A program made the position numbers and the translations under genes. From an uncultured virus (IMG/VR IMGVR_UViG_3300020048_000037) (taxonomy: Duplodnaviria > Heunggongvirae > Uroviricota > Caudoviricetes): a stretch of DNA of 64,000 nt. Positions 1 through 10,099 of the stretch are shown in pieces (the first letter of the stretch is position 1; each line of letters starts with the position of its first letter). Under the pieces are notes generated by a model. It was not told the DNA's origin, made no database searches, and saw only the letters and a program-made list of their open reading frames with translations. The stretch lies in IMG/VR virus record IMGVR_UViG_3300020048_000037. The stretch is one strand, 5' to 3'.

Positions 1-333
1 ATCATATAGAATTGTAAAGTCTTCATCTTGCAACACTTTAATCTCATCAATTGTCATTCTAATAATACTTCTATGTGCAAGAGAATATACATTAATCATA
101 CTTCTATATGACTTTAGAAATTTTTTAATATCTTCTTCTTCATCATCATATCTCCATTGATTAGGTAAATTTTTATCATAACTAATTTCTTCATCATCAT
201 AAAGGATAGTAAAATCATTCTCTATTAATTCATCAAGTTCTTCTTTATTTACAGTTATGATACTACTATCTGATAAACTATATAAATCTATCAACTTGTT
301 TTTACTTGCTTCAAATGTTTTTATATATTTCAT
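1..333 (-). CDS. MKYIKTFE-tag family protein (3' end outside window)
   Basis: ATG at 333 overlaps stop of 330..650; translates MKYIKTFEASKNK..., open to window edge. Confidence 0.75.
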   Translation of the reverse strand, partial: MKYIKTFEASKNKLIDLYSLSDSSIITVNKEELDELIENDFTILYDDEEISYDKNLPNQWRYDDEEEDIKKFLKSYRSMINVYSLAHRSIIRMTIDEIKVLQDEDFTILYD

Positions 334-650
334 ACGTTAAATTTTATTGTATCTTTATTCAATCTCATAAATTCATCTAAGTTTTCAATATTTATTTTAG
401 TTCCATTTTCATCAACTAATATATAATTATATTTAAGTTTTCCGTTAGTAAGCAAATATTCTTCAACACTATAATAAATCAAAGATTTCATATCATCATT
501 AGTCATATTTTCTCTATGATAATCCATATAATAATTAGTATTAATAATTTTATTAAATGTTATATCAAGTTTATCTGCACTTAAATCAACTATCACATGA
601 ACTCCAGTATTGTTTATATCAGTACTCTCATTAAACTTTCTTACTATCAT
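330..650 (-). CDS. Dual-tag family hypothetical protein
   Basis: Starts MIVRKFNE, ends IKFNV*. Confidence 0.75.
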   Translation of the reverse strand: MIVRKFNESTDINNTGVHVIVDLSADKLDITFNKIINTNYYMDYHRENMTNDDMKSLIYYSVEEYLLTNGKLKYNYILVDENGTKINIENLDEFMRLNKDTIKFNV

Positions 651-778
651 AATTAAAAACTAATATTTTTAACTATATATAAAAAATATAAGGTAAAAAT
701 TATTTTTAATAAATGTATGATATATCATTCACTATCTAAAAAAATGTTGATTAATGAATGAGTTATCATTCAAAAAAT

Positions 779-836
779 ATAACATCTGATATATCAATAC
801 AAAATAGTACATTTGTATTGATATATCAGATGTTAT
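779..836. repeat. Perfect 25-bp inverted repeat with 8-nt loop
   Basis: ATAACATCTGATATATCAATACAAA (779-803) and its exact reverse complement (812-836). Confidence 0.9.
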
Positions 837-870
837 GTCTCATTAAAACAAATCATTTTTTAAAAACAAT

Positions 871-1341
871 TTAAAATTCAGAATTACCAGTTCCTTTATA
901 AATTAATTTGATAGCTTTTACTGGTATGTTTTCAAATGTAATTATATGATAATTTTTATATTCGTTATTTGGTAGTTTAATTTTTCTACCATTATAAACT
1001 GCAAATTGTTCATTATCGTTTGAAAAATTTGGGTCTTCAAACCATTTATTTGTAATTTTTTCTGTATCTATTTGATAAATATCATCGTCATATGTGCTAT
1101 CAAACCAATCTTCTTTTTTATCTGAGTTTGTTGCAAATATCACCTCACCTTCAATTTTTGTATCTGAAAGCCAAGTTTCACTTTTTCCTTTTACTTTTAA
1201 TCCATCCTTTAAAATATCATTTCTAAAAAATGGATTTGATGAATGATATATAAATTTATTTACATTAACTGGTTTATATTTAAATTTACTCAATTCTTCT
1301 CTAATCAATTTACATATAAAATCTTCCTGCTTTGTAATCAT
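871..1341 (-). CDS. Putative ADP-ribosyltransferase-fold protein
   Basis: FIYHSS...ILKDGLK...VIFAT resembles the YHxT..I..GL..(V/I)F motif of ART/Tpt1-like proteins; likely ATG start MITKQEDF. Confidence 0.4.
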   Translation of the reverse strand: MITKQEDFICKLIREELSKFKYKPVNVNKFIYHSSNPFFRNDILKDGLKVKGKSETWLSDTKIEGEVIFATNSDKKEDWFDSTYDDDIYQIDTEKITNKWFEDPNFSNDNEQFAVYNGRKIKLPNNEYKNYHIITFENIPVKAIKLIYKGTGNSEF

Positions 1342-1432
1342 AATATTAAGTTTTTTTATAAATATAGACAAATTAAATTTAATTTTTTAATATTGACTAA
1401 TATATCAGATATTATTAATTTGTTATTTACTA

Positions 1433-1843
1433 TTAAAGATTCAAATCTTGAATTACTTCTTCAATTTCTGAATAGAATATTTCTCGAATGTCTGTTTCTT
1501 CACCATATAAATTAAAACCTTCAACAGACACTTCATAATCTTTCCAATTTACTAATTCATCTTTATATTCTGTTGTTGTATCAAAATCTTGTTTGTTTAA
1601 AATAATATCTGGAACTTCAATGTCAAATGTTCTTTCTAATTCATCACCATCACCTTTAAGTAAAACTCGAACACGAAATACACCACTATTAAACTCTCTA
1701 TCAAATTCAGTATCATGTTTTGATATAAATCCGTTTTTTCTTAACATTTGTGTAAAACAAATGATATTATTACACACTGGTTTTGAACCCAACATTTTAC
1801 CTTCATTCATAAATTGTTTGAATTTTTTAACTTTATCACTCAT
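1433..1843 (-). CDS. Hypothetical protein with CTS-like N-terminus
   Basis: MSDKVKKFKQFMNE. Confidence 0.7.
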   Translation of the reverse strand: MSDKVKKFKQFMNEGKMLGSKPVCNNIICFTQMLRKNGFISKHDTEFDREFNSGVFRVRVLLKGDGDELERTFDIEVPDIILNKQDFDTTTEYKDELVNWKDYEVSVEGFNLYGEETDIREIFYSEIEEVIQDLNL

Positions 1844-1885
1844 AATTTTTTTATTTTTATATATTAAAAATTAATATATAAACTT

Positions 1886-2401
1886 ATGAAATATTTAAAA
1901 TCATTCGAAGAAATAAAAGTTTATCAAAAACATTACGATCCTTATTATTTACTTAATCTTGTTTCTTATAAATATAACATTGAAGAAATGCTGATTAATC
2001 TTATAGATTCAGGACAATTTAATTTAAATTTAGCTGGACAAGTCAATAAAAAAACTGCATTAATATATGCTATGATTAATAGATATGAAAAAGTATTTGA
2101 CTCTTTAATCAAGGCTGGAGCAAATTTAGATAGTCAAGATGAAAATGGTAACACAGCATTAATTTTAGCTGCATATGGTAGTAATGGAACAAGTGGATCA
2201 TATTTTAAATCAATGATAGAGAAATTAATAGACGCAGGGGCTGATTGGAATATAAAACAATCATATACATCAAAAGAAAATAATAAAGATTTTCTAGAAC
2301 ATATAAAAGATGAAGAATTTAAACGTCATATAATAAAGAAATATCATAAAAAATATGAAGAATATTTAATTAAAAAAGACTCATATAAGTATAATATATG
2401 A
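1886..2401 (+). CDS. Ankyrin-repeat protein, dual-tag family
   Basis: TALIYA..LIKAGANLDSQDENGNTALILAA..LIDAGAD; MKYLKSFE...YKYNI*. Confidence 0.85.
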   Translation: MKYLKSFEEIKVYQKHYDPYYLLNLVSYKYNIEEMLINLIDSGQFNLNLAGQVNKKTALIYAMINRYEKVFDSLIKAGANLDSQDENGNTALILAAYGSNGTSGSYFKSMIEKLIDAGADWNIKQSYTSKENNKDFLEHIKDEEFKRHIIKKYHKKYEEYLIKKDSYKYNI

Positions 2402-2428
2402 AAAAAGACATCAATAAGATGTCTTTTA
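2402..2428. terminator. Bidirectional intrinsic terminator
   Basis: AAAAGACATC-aataa-GATGTCTTTT between convergent genes. Confidence 0.7.
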
Positions 2429-2449
2429 ATTTAGAAAATATATTAATTT

Positions 2450-2650
2450 TTAACCAATAACTTCTACATTTACACAATTTAAGCCTTTTTTTCCATCAAC
2501 TAACTCAAAACTAACTTCATCATTTTCATAGATTTTATCTTGAATGTCAGTGACATGAACAAAATAATCTTTGTTTGTTTCTTTTTCTGTGACAAACCCA
2601 TATCCGCGATCTTCTCGAAAAAATTTAACAACTCCTTGTAATTTACTCAT
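2450..2650 (-). CDS. csp: Cold-shock domain protein
   Basis: GVVKFF..RGYGFV..DYFVH..VSFELVDGKKG (RNP1/RNP2 motifs of CspA family). Confidence 0.92.
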   Translation of the reverse strand: MSKLQGVVKFFREDRGYGFVTEKETNKDYFVHVTDIQDKIYENDEVSFELVDGKKGLNCVNVEVIG

Positions 2651-2721
2651 TTATTTATTTATTTATTTTTATTATTGTGGAAAAAATTCCACATACTATA
2701 TAGTAATAAATAAAAAAAAGT

Positions 2722-3675
2722 TTATAAATATTTAAAATAATTTTTTTTGTGTGATTTTTTATTTCCTGATAGTACTTCCCATATTCTATTACTTTTGGTA
2801 TTAAAATAATCTGCACATTTTTTTACACTATCAAATTCTTTTATTGTTTCTCCGCTTTCTGATATTTGAGCAACTGGTTTAGACCTTATTAATTTATTTT
2901 CATCTGACATTGGTCCTTTTTTTATTCCAGTCATAGCTTTACTCATTTTAAGTTTAACTTCATCTGATCTTTTTTGTCCAGTGTTTTTTTTAACTCTTTT
3001 TTCAATAGTTTCTTTGCTTTGTTTTTTACCTTTATTTAATATACTTAATTTTAATTTAGTTTCATCACTTATTATTTTACCTTTTTGTGATTTGCTTTGT
3101 TTTAATCTGGTTTCATAAGTAGTTATTCTACCTTTCAGAGAGTTACTTAATTTTAATTTAGTTTCATCTGATAAATGAGTACCTTTCAATTTATCAGATA
3201 TTTTCTTTTTAGTTTCGTCTGTTTGTATTCTTCCTAAATTATTTTTATTACCAGTACTTTTTTGCCTTAATATTTTCTTTGTTTCGTCACTGTGTCTCAT
3301 TCCTAAATTGTGTCCAGCATTAGGTACAATATTATATCCATTTTTACAGCAATCTAAAAAATCTATATAATATTGTTCTCTAATTATAATATTTTCTATT
3401 TTACATTCTTCAACAATTTCATATTTAAAATTTTCTATACCATATTTATCATAAGCTCGTTGTAATTTAATTGAATGATGTTTATTCTTTTTTAATTGAT
3501 TTTTATGTTGATTTATTCTTCCTTTAACATTCAATGATGATCCAATATAGCATTTGTTATCTNNNNNNNNNNNNNNNNNNNNNNNNNNNNNNNNNNNNNN
3601 NNNNTAAAAGTTTTTTGTATTTTCATATAATGTTTTATATGTATATATAAATATATTAAAGTTCAAATTAGACAA
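2722..3675 (-). CDS. GIY-YIG homing endonuclease with NUMOD3-like repeats (5' end uncertain, N gap)
   Basis: CYIGSS..R..QH..L..NKHHS.KLQRAYDKYG; repeated (H/Q)SDETKxK(I/L)S; C-terminal NUMOD1-like HTH. Confidence 0.85.
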   Translation of the reverse strand: MSNLNFNIFIYTYKTLYENTKNFXXXXXXXXXXXXXXXDNKCYIGSSLNVKGRINQHKNQLKKNKHHSIKLQRAYDKYGIENFKYEIVEECKIENIIIREQYYIDFLDCCKNGYNIVPNAGHNLGMRHSDETKKILRQKSTGNKNNLGRIQTDETKKKISDKLKGTHLSDETKLKLSNSLKGRITTYETRLKQSKSQKGKIISDETKLKLSILNKGKKQSKETIEKRVKKNTGQKRSDEVKLKMSKAMTGIKKGPMSDENKLIRSKPVAQISESGETIKEFDSVKKCADYFNTKSNRIWEVLSGNKKSHKKNYFKYL

Positions 3676-3710
3676 AAAAAAGACTGCAGATATATCTGCA
3701 GTCTTTTTTT
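3676..3710. terminator. Intrinsic terminator
   Basis: AAAAAAGACTGCAGA..TCTGCAGTCTTTTTT. Confidence 0.75.
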
Positions 3711-3766
3711 TATTTATATTCTATTATTCTATTATTTTTTAATGTACCATCTTTATTGATATATTT

Positions 3767-4114
3767 CTAAGTATTTAATTTATAAAGTTTAATTTTTCTT
3801 TCTAATTTTAATGGAATTTCATATTTAAATTCGTATCCTAAACTTCTCAAATAATCAATTCCTATTAATGAATTTATATCTATATATCTATGTCCACCAT
3901 AATTACCATTATTTCTACTTAGTTTAATTCTACCATCATAATATATAACAATATAAGAATCATCACTATCTCTATTTATTGTAGATGTTGTATTTATTTG
4001 AACAGCAAGATCTAAATTTTTCCATACACCAGCAATATAGCTAATATATGGTTCATCGTAAATTTCACAAATGGTTTTAACTTCATCTTCAGTAATATCT
4101 TTTAAATCTTTCAT
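3767..4114 (-). CDS. Hypothetical protein, RxxK(I/L) C-terminal tag
   Basis: Ends LERKIKLYKLNT*. Confidence 0.7.
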   Translation of the reverse strand: MKDLKDITEDEVKTICEIYDEPYISYIAGVWKNLDLAVQINTTSTINRDSDDSYIVIYYDGRIKLSRNNGNYGGHRYIDINSLIGIDYLRSLGYEFKYEIPLKLERKIKLYKLNT

Positions 4115-4296
4115 TTTTTATTATGTTTTGATATTAAATAGAATATTAACACAAGTAAACTTATAGTAGTTATATTAAAAACACTTGTACATATCCACCA
4201 ATTTAATGATAAATATAAGTATCCTAATTTTTTTGCAACTATTGATGATATAACACCTATAGACAAACCAACAATTACACTCTGATAATTTTTCAT
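4111..4296 (-). CDS. Small membrane protein
   Basis: Two hydrophobic segments; ATGA overlap with next gene. Confidence 0.65.
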   Translation of the reverse strand: MKNYQSVIVGLSIGVISSIVAKKLGYLYLSLNWWICTSVFNITTISLLVLIFYLISKHNKK

Positions 4297-4311
4297 AATA
4301 ATTATTTTTTT

Positions 4312-4320
4312 ACAAAGATA
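4312..4320 (-). promoter_or_regulatory. Bacteroidota-type -7 promoter box
   Basis: TATCTTTG on minus strand just upstream of ATG 4296; matches TAnnTTTG. Confidence 0.55.
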
Positions 4321-4335
4321 TGAATAATAATTGAA

Positions 4336-4502
4336 TTATATATCTATATCTTTGTTATTTATATATTCTTTTAATAATTTTTCTATAAATGTAGATCTTT
4401 TTTCATCTTTTATTAATAAATCAAATTTTTTGAGCAGATTTTCATTGATATTAATAGTTATTTTAGATTTTTTTTCTTCTTCTGATAATNNNNNNNNNNC
4501 AT
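4336..4502 (-). CDS. Small RHH-like DNA-binding protein (type A, cassette 1; N gap)
   Basis: Not in ORF track; ...LSEEEKKSKITININENLLKKFDLLIKDEKRSTFIEKLLKEYINNKDIDI*; homologous to 31092..31256. Confidence 0.7.
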
Positions 4503-4637
4503 TATTTTTTTGTGATTATTTTTTATTATATAGTATATTTATATAAATATGATGTTAAATAAATGTTAAATAATTAAAAGTATTACATAAAACACACTTT
4601 TTGACTTTTTAAATATTTATATATACTAATAAAAACA

Positions 4638-4799
4638 ATGGAAGATAATAAATTAAAGAAAAAAATATCAATTTCTATAAATAAAGAAATATTAAAAAAC
4701 ATAGAAAATTTATCAACAAATAAAAGTAGATTAATTGAATATATTTTATTAGAATATTTACATAAGAATAATATAAAAACAGATGATATAATATTATGA
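4638..4799 (+). CDS. Small RHH-like DNA-binding protein (type B, cassette 1)
   Basis: Not in ORF track; MEDNKLKKKISISINKEILKNIENLSTNKSRLIEYILLEYLHKNNIKTDDIIL*; ATGA overlap with 4796. Confidence 0.75.
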   Translation: MEDNKLKKKISISINKEILKNIENLSTNKSRLIEYILLEYLHKNNIKTDDIIL

Positions 4800-5950
4800 A
4801 ATGGACAGAAGAAAAAAAAGATAAATTAATTGAATTGTTTGCAAACAATTCAAATAAAAAACTTGCTGATTTTTTTAATACAACAATAGCAAGTATAGCA
4901 GGAAAAGCAAGAACTTTAAAATTGATTAAAGATGAAAATTATAAAGTTTGGACTAAAGAAAAAACAAAAAAATTGATTAAATTATATTCAAATAATTCAA
5001 ATAAAAAAATTGCTCAAATTTTTAATACTTCAATAAACAGTGTAAACGGAAAAGCAAGAATAATGAAATTAAATAAAGATAACAATTATAAGTCAAATTC
5101 AATAAGAAAAGGAGCAAGATTTTTATCATATGATATAGTTAAAAAAATAGCAAAAAAATATAAAACTAGACATGAATTTTCACTTTTAGATAAGAGCGCA
5201 TATTCTTATGCTATTAAAAAAGGTTTTTTAAACGATATCTGTTCTCATATGATACCACAAAATATAAGTATGCCTGAATTAATTTTAAAATATATTATAT
5301 TAAAAATTTTTAATGAGGAAATATTATATAATACCAGAAAAATAATTAAACCATATGAATTAGATATTTATATACCAAAATATAATTTGGCATTTGAATA
5401 TGATGGTTTATATTGGCATAAAAATCGTATAATAGATAATATAAAAAATAATTTATGTGATGAAAAAAACATAAAATTAATTAGAATTAATGATTATAAT
5501 ATATCATCATCAAATTATATAAATGATATTAAAAAAATAATAGAAAATAGATTAGATGAAATAAATAATTATTGTAAAACAAATATACAAAAAGAGGAGA
5601 TAATTTTTTTATCAAATGAAGAAATACAAAAATTTATTAATAATAATATTTTAGATTATGATCAGATACGAGAAATTACTAATAAATATGATAATTATAG
5701 TAACTTTAAAAAAAATCAAAAAAGTTTATGTAGAAAGTTATTAAAAATGAAAATTTCACATGAATTTACTAGTCACATGCATAGAGATGTAGTAAAATGG
5801 AATATAGAATTGTGTAAAAACGAAATAAGCAAATATGAATCATTTATAGAATTTAGAAAAAAATCAGTCAATTGTTATAATTATATACTAAAATATAATT
5901 TAGATAATCTATTATCTCATTATACTTATAAAAGTAGAAGAAAAAAATAA
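4796..5950 (+). CDS. Putative PD-(D/E)XK / Vsr-like homing endonuclease with N-terminal HTH repeats
   Basis: Duplicated WTxEKxxKLIxL repeats; ELDIYIPKYNLAFEYDGLYWH. Confidence 0.75.
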   Translation: MKWTEEKKDKLIELFANNSNKKLADFFNTTIASIAGKARTLKLIKDENYKVWTKEKTKKLIKLYSNNSNKKIAQIFNTSINSVNGKARIMKLNKDNNYKSNSIRKGARFLSYDIVKKIAKKYKTRHEFSLLDKSAYSYAIKKGFLNDICSHMIPQNISMPELILKYIILKIFNEEILYNTRKIIKPYELDIYIPKYNLAFEYDGLYWHKNRIIDNIKNNLCDEKNIKLIRINDYNISSSNYINDIKKIIENRLDEINNYCKTNIQKEEIIFLSNEEIQKFINNNILDYDQIREITNKYDNYSNFKKNQKSLCRKLLKMKISHEFTSHMHRDVVKWNIELCKNEISKYESFIEFRKKSVNCYNYILKYNLDNLLSHYTYKSRRKK

Positions 5951-6109
5951 TAAATAGAACAACAATAATTTACTATATACAATTGTAATAGTAAAATACT
6001 ATTACGTCATTTTGGATCATGTTAGTTTAGAGTCATATTGTGGCTTTGAAATTGTTTAACAGCAATGAATAAATTAGCATATCAAAAATATAAAAAAAAT
6101 GAACAAATT

Positions 6110-7021
6110 ATGTCACACAACAAGCTCTTAGACAGGGATCCCTCTGTTATTTTCACAACAAGCAACAAAAACGAATTGAAAGTTTACCAAGGTAATCAAA
6201 TTTATTTGAATCATGGTGATAACTTTGAACTAAGATTTTTTAATCCTCTTCAAGAAAAAATTGGTGTTGAAATTGTATTCAACGGAATTAAAAAAGGAGA
6301 TTCCTACTTAATCTTAAATCCTGGTCAAGATGTATTCTTAGATCGTTTTTTAGATGAACAACGCAAAATGTTATTTGAAACGTATTCTATTGATGCAGAA
6401 AATAAAGATGCTGTTGAGGCTATTGCAAAAAACGGCTTAATCACATTTAATTTCTACAGAGAATCTTGGAAAAATAATGTTAAAACAGAAGTAGATGTTA
6501 AATATGAGTTTCCACCTAAACCATATGAATATAACTACATTAGTACAACTAATAATCCTACAACATTTAATGGTATATATAATGGAACATACAATGGATC
6601 AATTACATTATCAGGATCAAGTACAACTAATTCTACTGTTACATTAGATGGGTTATTTTCATCTAGTAATTTAATGAATTGTAACTCAAGAACATATACA
6701 TACACATCTAATTTCTCAGATAATACTATTGGATTATCAGGATTAAATGGCGAATCAGGAAGCATAGGAACTACAAGTTTAAATATTAATTCAATAGAAA
6801 CTGGTAGAATAGAAAAAGGTGAAACATCTACACAAAAACTAAAAAATGTAAATGTTAATTTTTCAGATACATCATTTCATACTATATCATATAAACTTAT
6901 GCCTTATTCTGCTAAAGCACAGAGTATCAATGAGATACGTGAATATTGCACTGAATGCGGCTACAGATTGAGGAAATCTTCTTGGAAATTTTGCCCGAAA
7001 TGCGGAGAGAAAATTATATAA
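6110..7021 (+). CDS. Hypothetical protein with C-terminal zinc ribbon
   Basis: YCTECG..WKFCPKCG; start 6110 (MSHNK) or 6065. Confidence 0.75.
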   Translation: MSHNKLLDRDPSVIFTTSNKNELKVYQGNQIYLNHGDNFELRFFNPLQEKIGVEIVFNGIKKGDSYLILNPGQDVFLDRFLDEQRKMLFETYSIDAENKDAVEAIAKNGLITFNFYRESWKNNVKTEVDVKYEFPPKPYEYNYISTTNNPTTFNGIYNGTYNGSITLSGSSTTNSTVTLDGLFSSSNLMNCNSRTYTYTSNFSDNTIGLSGLNGESGSIGTTSLNINSIETGRIEKGETSTQKLKNVNVNFSDTSFHTISYKLMPYSAKAQSINEIREYCTECGYRLRKSSWKFCPKCGEKII

Positions 7022-7025
7022 TATT

Positions 7026-7634
7026 ATGGGTAAAATAGATATAATTTGTATATTAGATATGTCAGGCTCAATGAGTAGCATGATAGTGAAAGCAAGAGAA
7101 GGATTTAATAAATTCTTAATGGAACAAAAAGAAAGCGGAAATGAAATAAATTTCTCATTGATGCTTTTTGACACTAATTTTTATATGCCATATAAAAATG
7201 TTAATATTAAAGAAGTAGAAGGACTTAATGAAAAAACATATTATGCAGGTAGTTGTACATCTTTGTATGATGCATTAGGTACTTGTATTGATAATTATTT
7301 AGATCACTTAGGATCAACTAAGATTGAAGATAGGAGTGATAAAACTTTATTTGTTATATTAACTGACGGTGAAGAAAATTCATCAACTATTTATAGTAAA
7401 TATATAATAAAAAATATGGTGACAGTAATGAGAGAAGAACTTAATGCAGAATTTATCTATCTAGGCGCAAATCAGGATGCTTGTTTTGTTGCTGAATCAA
7501 TGGGAATGAGTAGAAGTAATTCATTTAATTATGATTCTACAGGTAACGGAATATCAGTAGCGTATTCAAATATTTCAACAGCAACAAGTTATTATGCAAA
7601 TAATGATGTGAAAGAAAATCTTTTTCAAAAATAA
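7026..7634 (+). CDS. von Willebrand factor A domain protein
   Basis: MIDAS DMSGSM, TSLYDA, ILTDGEENSS, FIYLGAN. Confidence 0.9.
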   Translation: MGKIDIICILDMSGSMSSMIVKAREGFNKFLMEQKESGNEINFSLMLFDTNFYMPYKNVNIKEVEGLNEKTYYAGSCTSLYDALGTCIDNYLDHLGSTKIEDRSDKTLFVILTDGEENSSTIYSKYIIKNMVTVMREELNAEFIYLGANQDACFVAESMGMSRSNSFNYDSTGNGISVAYSNISTATSYYANNDVKENLFQK

Positions 7635-7683
7635 AAAAATGTGCGATTAAATGAACCTTAACACACAAAAAGATATATTAATA

Positions 7684-7712
7684 AAAATGTCAGCAATTAG
7701 CTGACATTTTTT
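7684..7712 (+). terminator. Intrinsic terminator
   Basis: AAAAATGTCAGC-aatta-GCTGACATTTTT. Confidence 0.75.
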
Positions 7713-7740
7713 ATTTAAATTAAATTTTAATATATATTAT

Positions 7741-8157
7741 ATGGAAAATATTAAACTATTTTTAGAATTTATATCTGAAGAACTTACAGATAAAATTAAA
7801 TTTGTTGTTGATAAAAAGAATAACAAATTTAAATTGTTTTTAGGTAATATTTTAGTATCTGAATCTGGTTTCAATATTGAAAATAAAGATAAATGGTTTG
7901 AACAAAAATATGTAATTATTCATGACTTTAAAACAGTTGAAAAATTTAAAGGAAAAGGATTTGCGAAATATTTATTAGAACAAATATTCAATTATGTGAA
8001 GTATGAACTCAAATTTAATATTATATCATTAATTGTATATAAAGATAACTACAAAGCGTTAAATTTGTATATTAATAATGGATTTGAAATATATATTGAT
8101 TATGAAGATTCATATTCATTAATAAAAAAACTATGGAACTCTCCTGATAAATGGTAG
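7741..8157 (+). CDS. GNAT acetyltransferase with CTS-like N-terminus
   Basis: FKGKGFAKYLL..LIVYKDNYKALNLY..NGF; starts MENIKLFLEFISEE. Confidence 0.85.
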   Translation: MENIKLFLEFISEELTDKIKFVVDKKNNKFKLFLGNILVSESGFNIENKDKWFEQKYVIIHDFKTVEKFKGKGFAKYLLEQIFNYVKYELKFNIISLIVYKDNYKALNLYINNGFEIYIDYEDSYSLIKKLWNSPDKW

Positions 8158-8170
8158 AAATATAAAAACG

Positions 8171-8596
8171 TTATAAATTATATTTCAAAGAATTTAAATA
8201 TATTTCATAATTATTTTTTGTTATTTCTCTTATGATATTATCAATATCAGAATAATCTACTATATCATAATTATATTTTTTATCTGTTTGTTTTTTATAC
8301 ATATCAAATATTGATTTAATAAAATATGAAATATTCGTTATTGTTTCATTTATCCAACCTGGATTCTGAATAATATTATCTATATTATATCTAATCATCA
8401 TTGGGTGTTTATATATATCTAATTTTATATTTAGAAAATATTTATTTTGTACTTGTTTAACTATATAATAAAAATTATAATCTCCTTCGTGTGATACATA
8501 GTCAATATTATCATGATATTTACTCATAAAATAAACTATGTGTTCTATTAAATTTTGAATTCCAGTATTATTTTCAAATTTTTTAATATATTTCAA
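8171..8596 (-). CDS. Dual-tag family protein (TTG start)
   Basis: MKYIKKFE...LKYNL*. Confidence 0.75.
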   Translation of the reverse strand: MKYIKKFENNTGIQNLIEHIVYFMSKYHDNIDYVSHEGDYNFYYIVKQVQNKYFLNIKLDIYKHPMMIRYNIDNIIQNPGWINETITNISYFIKSIFDMYKKQTDKKYNYDIVDYSDIDNIIREITKNNYEIYLNSLKYNL

Positions 8597-8597
8597 A

Positions 8598-8846
8598 TTA
8601 TTTGAATTTTATTTTTTCTTTTGCATTAGTTTTTTTATCTATCTCTTCTTCATCAATCCACATTTTAACAATTTCTTGTGTTTCTTTATTAATTGCTTCG
8701 ATATAATAATCTGGTGTTTTTAAATCTTCATTTATATCTAAAATATGAACTAATAAATCAACTTCCCAATCAGTATCAATTAATTTAACATAATCACCTA
8801 TTTTATATTTAGTTTTTACTATTCTATCAACCCTATCATATTTCAT
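8598..8846 (-). CDS. Dual-tag family, GDYV (SH3/KOW-like) member with degenerate termini
   Basis: KYKIGDYVKL; ends KIKFK*. Confidence 0.65.
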   Translation of the reverse strand: MKYDRVDRIVKTKYKIGDYVKLIDTDWEVDLLVHILDINEDLKTPDYYIEAINKETQEIVKMWIDEEEIDKKTNAKEKIKFK

Positions 8847-8869
8847 ATTCTTTTATTTTTTTTTAATAA

Positions 8870-9175
8870 TTATATGTTATATTTCATTTCACTTTTTTTT
8901 ATTTCATAATTTAATATTTCATTTTGTGTCATTTTTCTCTCTATACATTCATCAGTAATATCATCACAAGTTTCAAATCTATTGTTTTCTAATTCAAAAT
9001 ATTCAATTACATAATCATCAAATTTATTTCCATATCCAGGAGTAAAACAATAATTTATAATTTTAGCATATGGATAATCATCAAAATCAGGTGTATTTTT
9101 TTGATTAATTTTAACATAATCATCTATGCTATATTTAGGTTGTTGTATATTTTCGAAATGAATTAAATATTTCAT
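8870..9175 (-). CDS. Dual-tag family, GDYV-like member
   Basis: MKYLIHFE...MKYNI*. Confidence 0.75.
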   Translation of the reverse strand: MKYLIHFENIQQPKYSIDDYVKINQKNTPDFDDYPYAKIINYCFTPGYGNKFDDYVIEYFELENNRFETCDDITDECIERKMTQNEILNYEIKKSEMKYNI

Positions 9176-9663
9176 ACATTAAATTTTTTCGATATTTTTT
9201 CTAATTCTTTTTTCTTTTTATATTCAACTAGATTAATTGATTGATATTTTTTAGATGATTGATATTCTATTTCACCATTTTTTTTAGTATATATATATGA
9301 ATCTCCAAGTATTTTACATAATCCTTCTATATCTTCTAAATTATTATCATCTAGTCCTCTATCAAAAAATCCTACACCGTGTCCATTTCTAGTGTACCAT
9401 AAATCTGAACCTATTACATCATCTGATAAATCTTCTAATGAATCTCCAGCAGCAGAAATAAACCATTCCACTTCAGTAGTTATATTATCTATTGAATCTT
9501 TATCAAAATCATAAATAGTTTTACCTTCAAACTCATCTACCTCATCACCTTTGTTTTGAACTTCCTCAGTAAAAAGTGCGGTTATACAATAATTATCTAC
9601 TATTGTTTTTATGTCATGTTCATTATCAAAATCTACATCTTCAAAGTATTTTAAGTGTTTCAT
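9172..9663 (-). CDS. Dual-tag family protein
   Basis: Start reassigned to MKHLKYFE (9663); DLWYTRNGHGVGFFDR; ends KKFNV*. Confidence 0.8.
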   Translation of the reverse strand: MKHLKYFEDVDFDNEHDIKTIVDNYCITALFTEEVQNKGDEVDEFEGKTIYDFDKDSIDNITTEVEWFISAAGDSLEDLSDDVIGSDLWYTRNGHGVGFFDRGLDDNNLEDIEGLCKILGDSYIYTKKNGEIEYQSSKKYQSINLVEYKKKKELEKISKKFNV

Positions 9664-9664
9664 A

Positions 9665-10096
9665 TTATATGTTAAATTTTGTTGATAATAAAAAAATGTC
9701 ATATTCTTTTTTTATTTCACTTGGGTTTATTTTTTTGTCTATTGCTGTTAGTAAAAAATCAAATATTCTTATTTCATCTTCTGTTAAATCTGCATTAACT
9801 TCAGATTCTTCTATCCAAAACTCAATTATCTTATAAGTATCTTTTTCAACTCCTATAACCTTATAAGAAGGTTGAACTTTCTTGAATCCGTTACGATCAA
9901 ATGTACTATTTTCAACTTCAATTATTTTAGCAAATGTTCCAATGATATTCCATTCACTTTCATTTTCATCTATTTTTATATAATCACCAACATTTTGATT
10001 AGTATAATGTTCAAATTCTTCTTCATCTTCCTCATCATAAATATCTTCAATATCTTCAATATCTTCAATATTTTCAAAGTATTTTAAGTATTTCAT
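9665..10096 (-). CDS. Dual-tag family, GDYV-like member
   Basis: MKYLKYFE...TKFNI*. Confidence 0.8.
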   Translation of the reverse strand: MKYLKYFENIEDIEDIEDIYDEEDEEEFEHYTNQNVGDYIKIDENESEWNIIGTFAKIIEVENSTFDRNGFKKVQPSYKVIGVEKDTYKIIEFWIEESEVNADLTEDEIRIFDFLLTAIDKKINPSEIKKEYDIFLLSTKFNI

Positions 10097-10099
10097 ATT

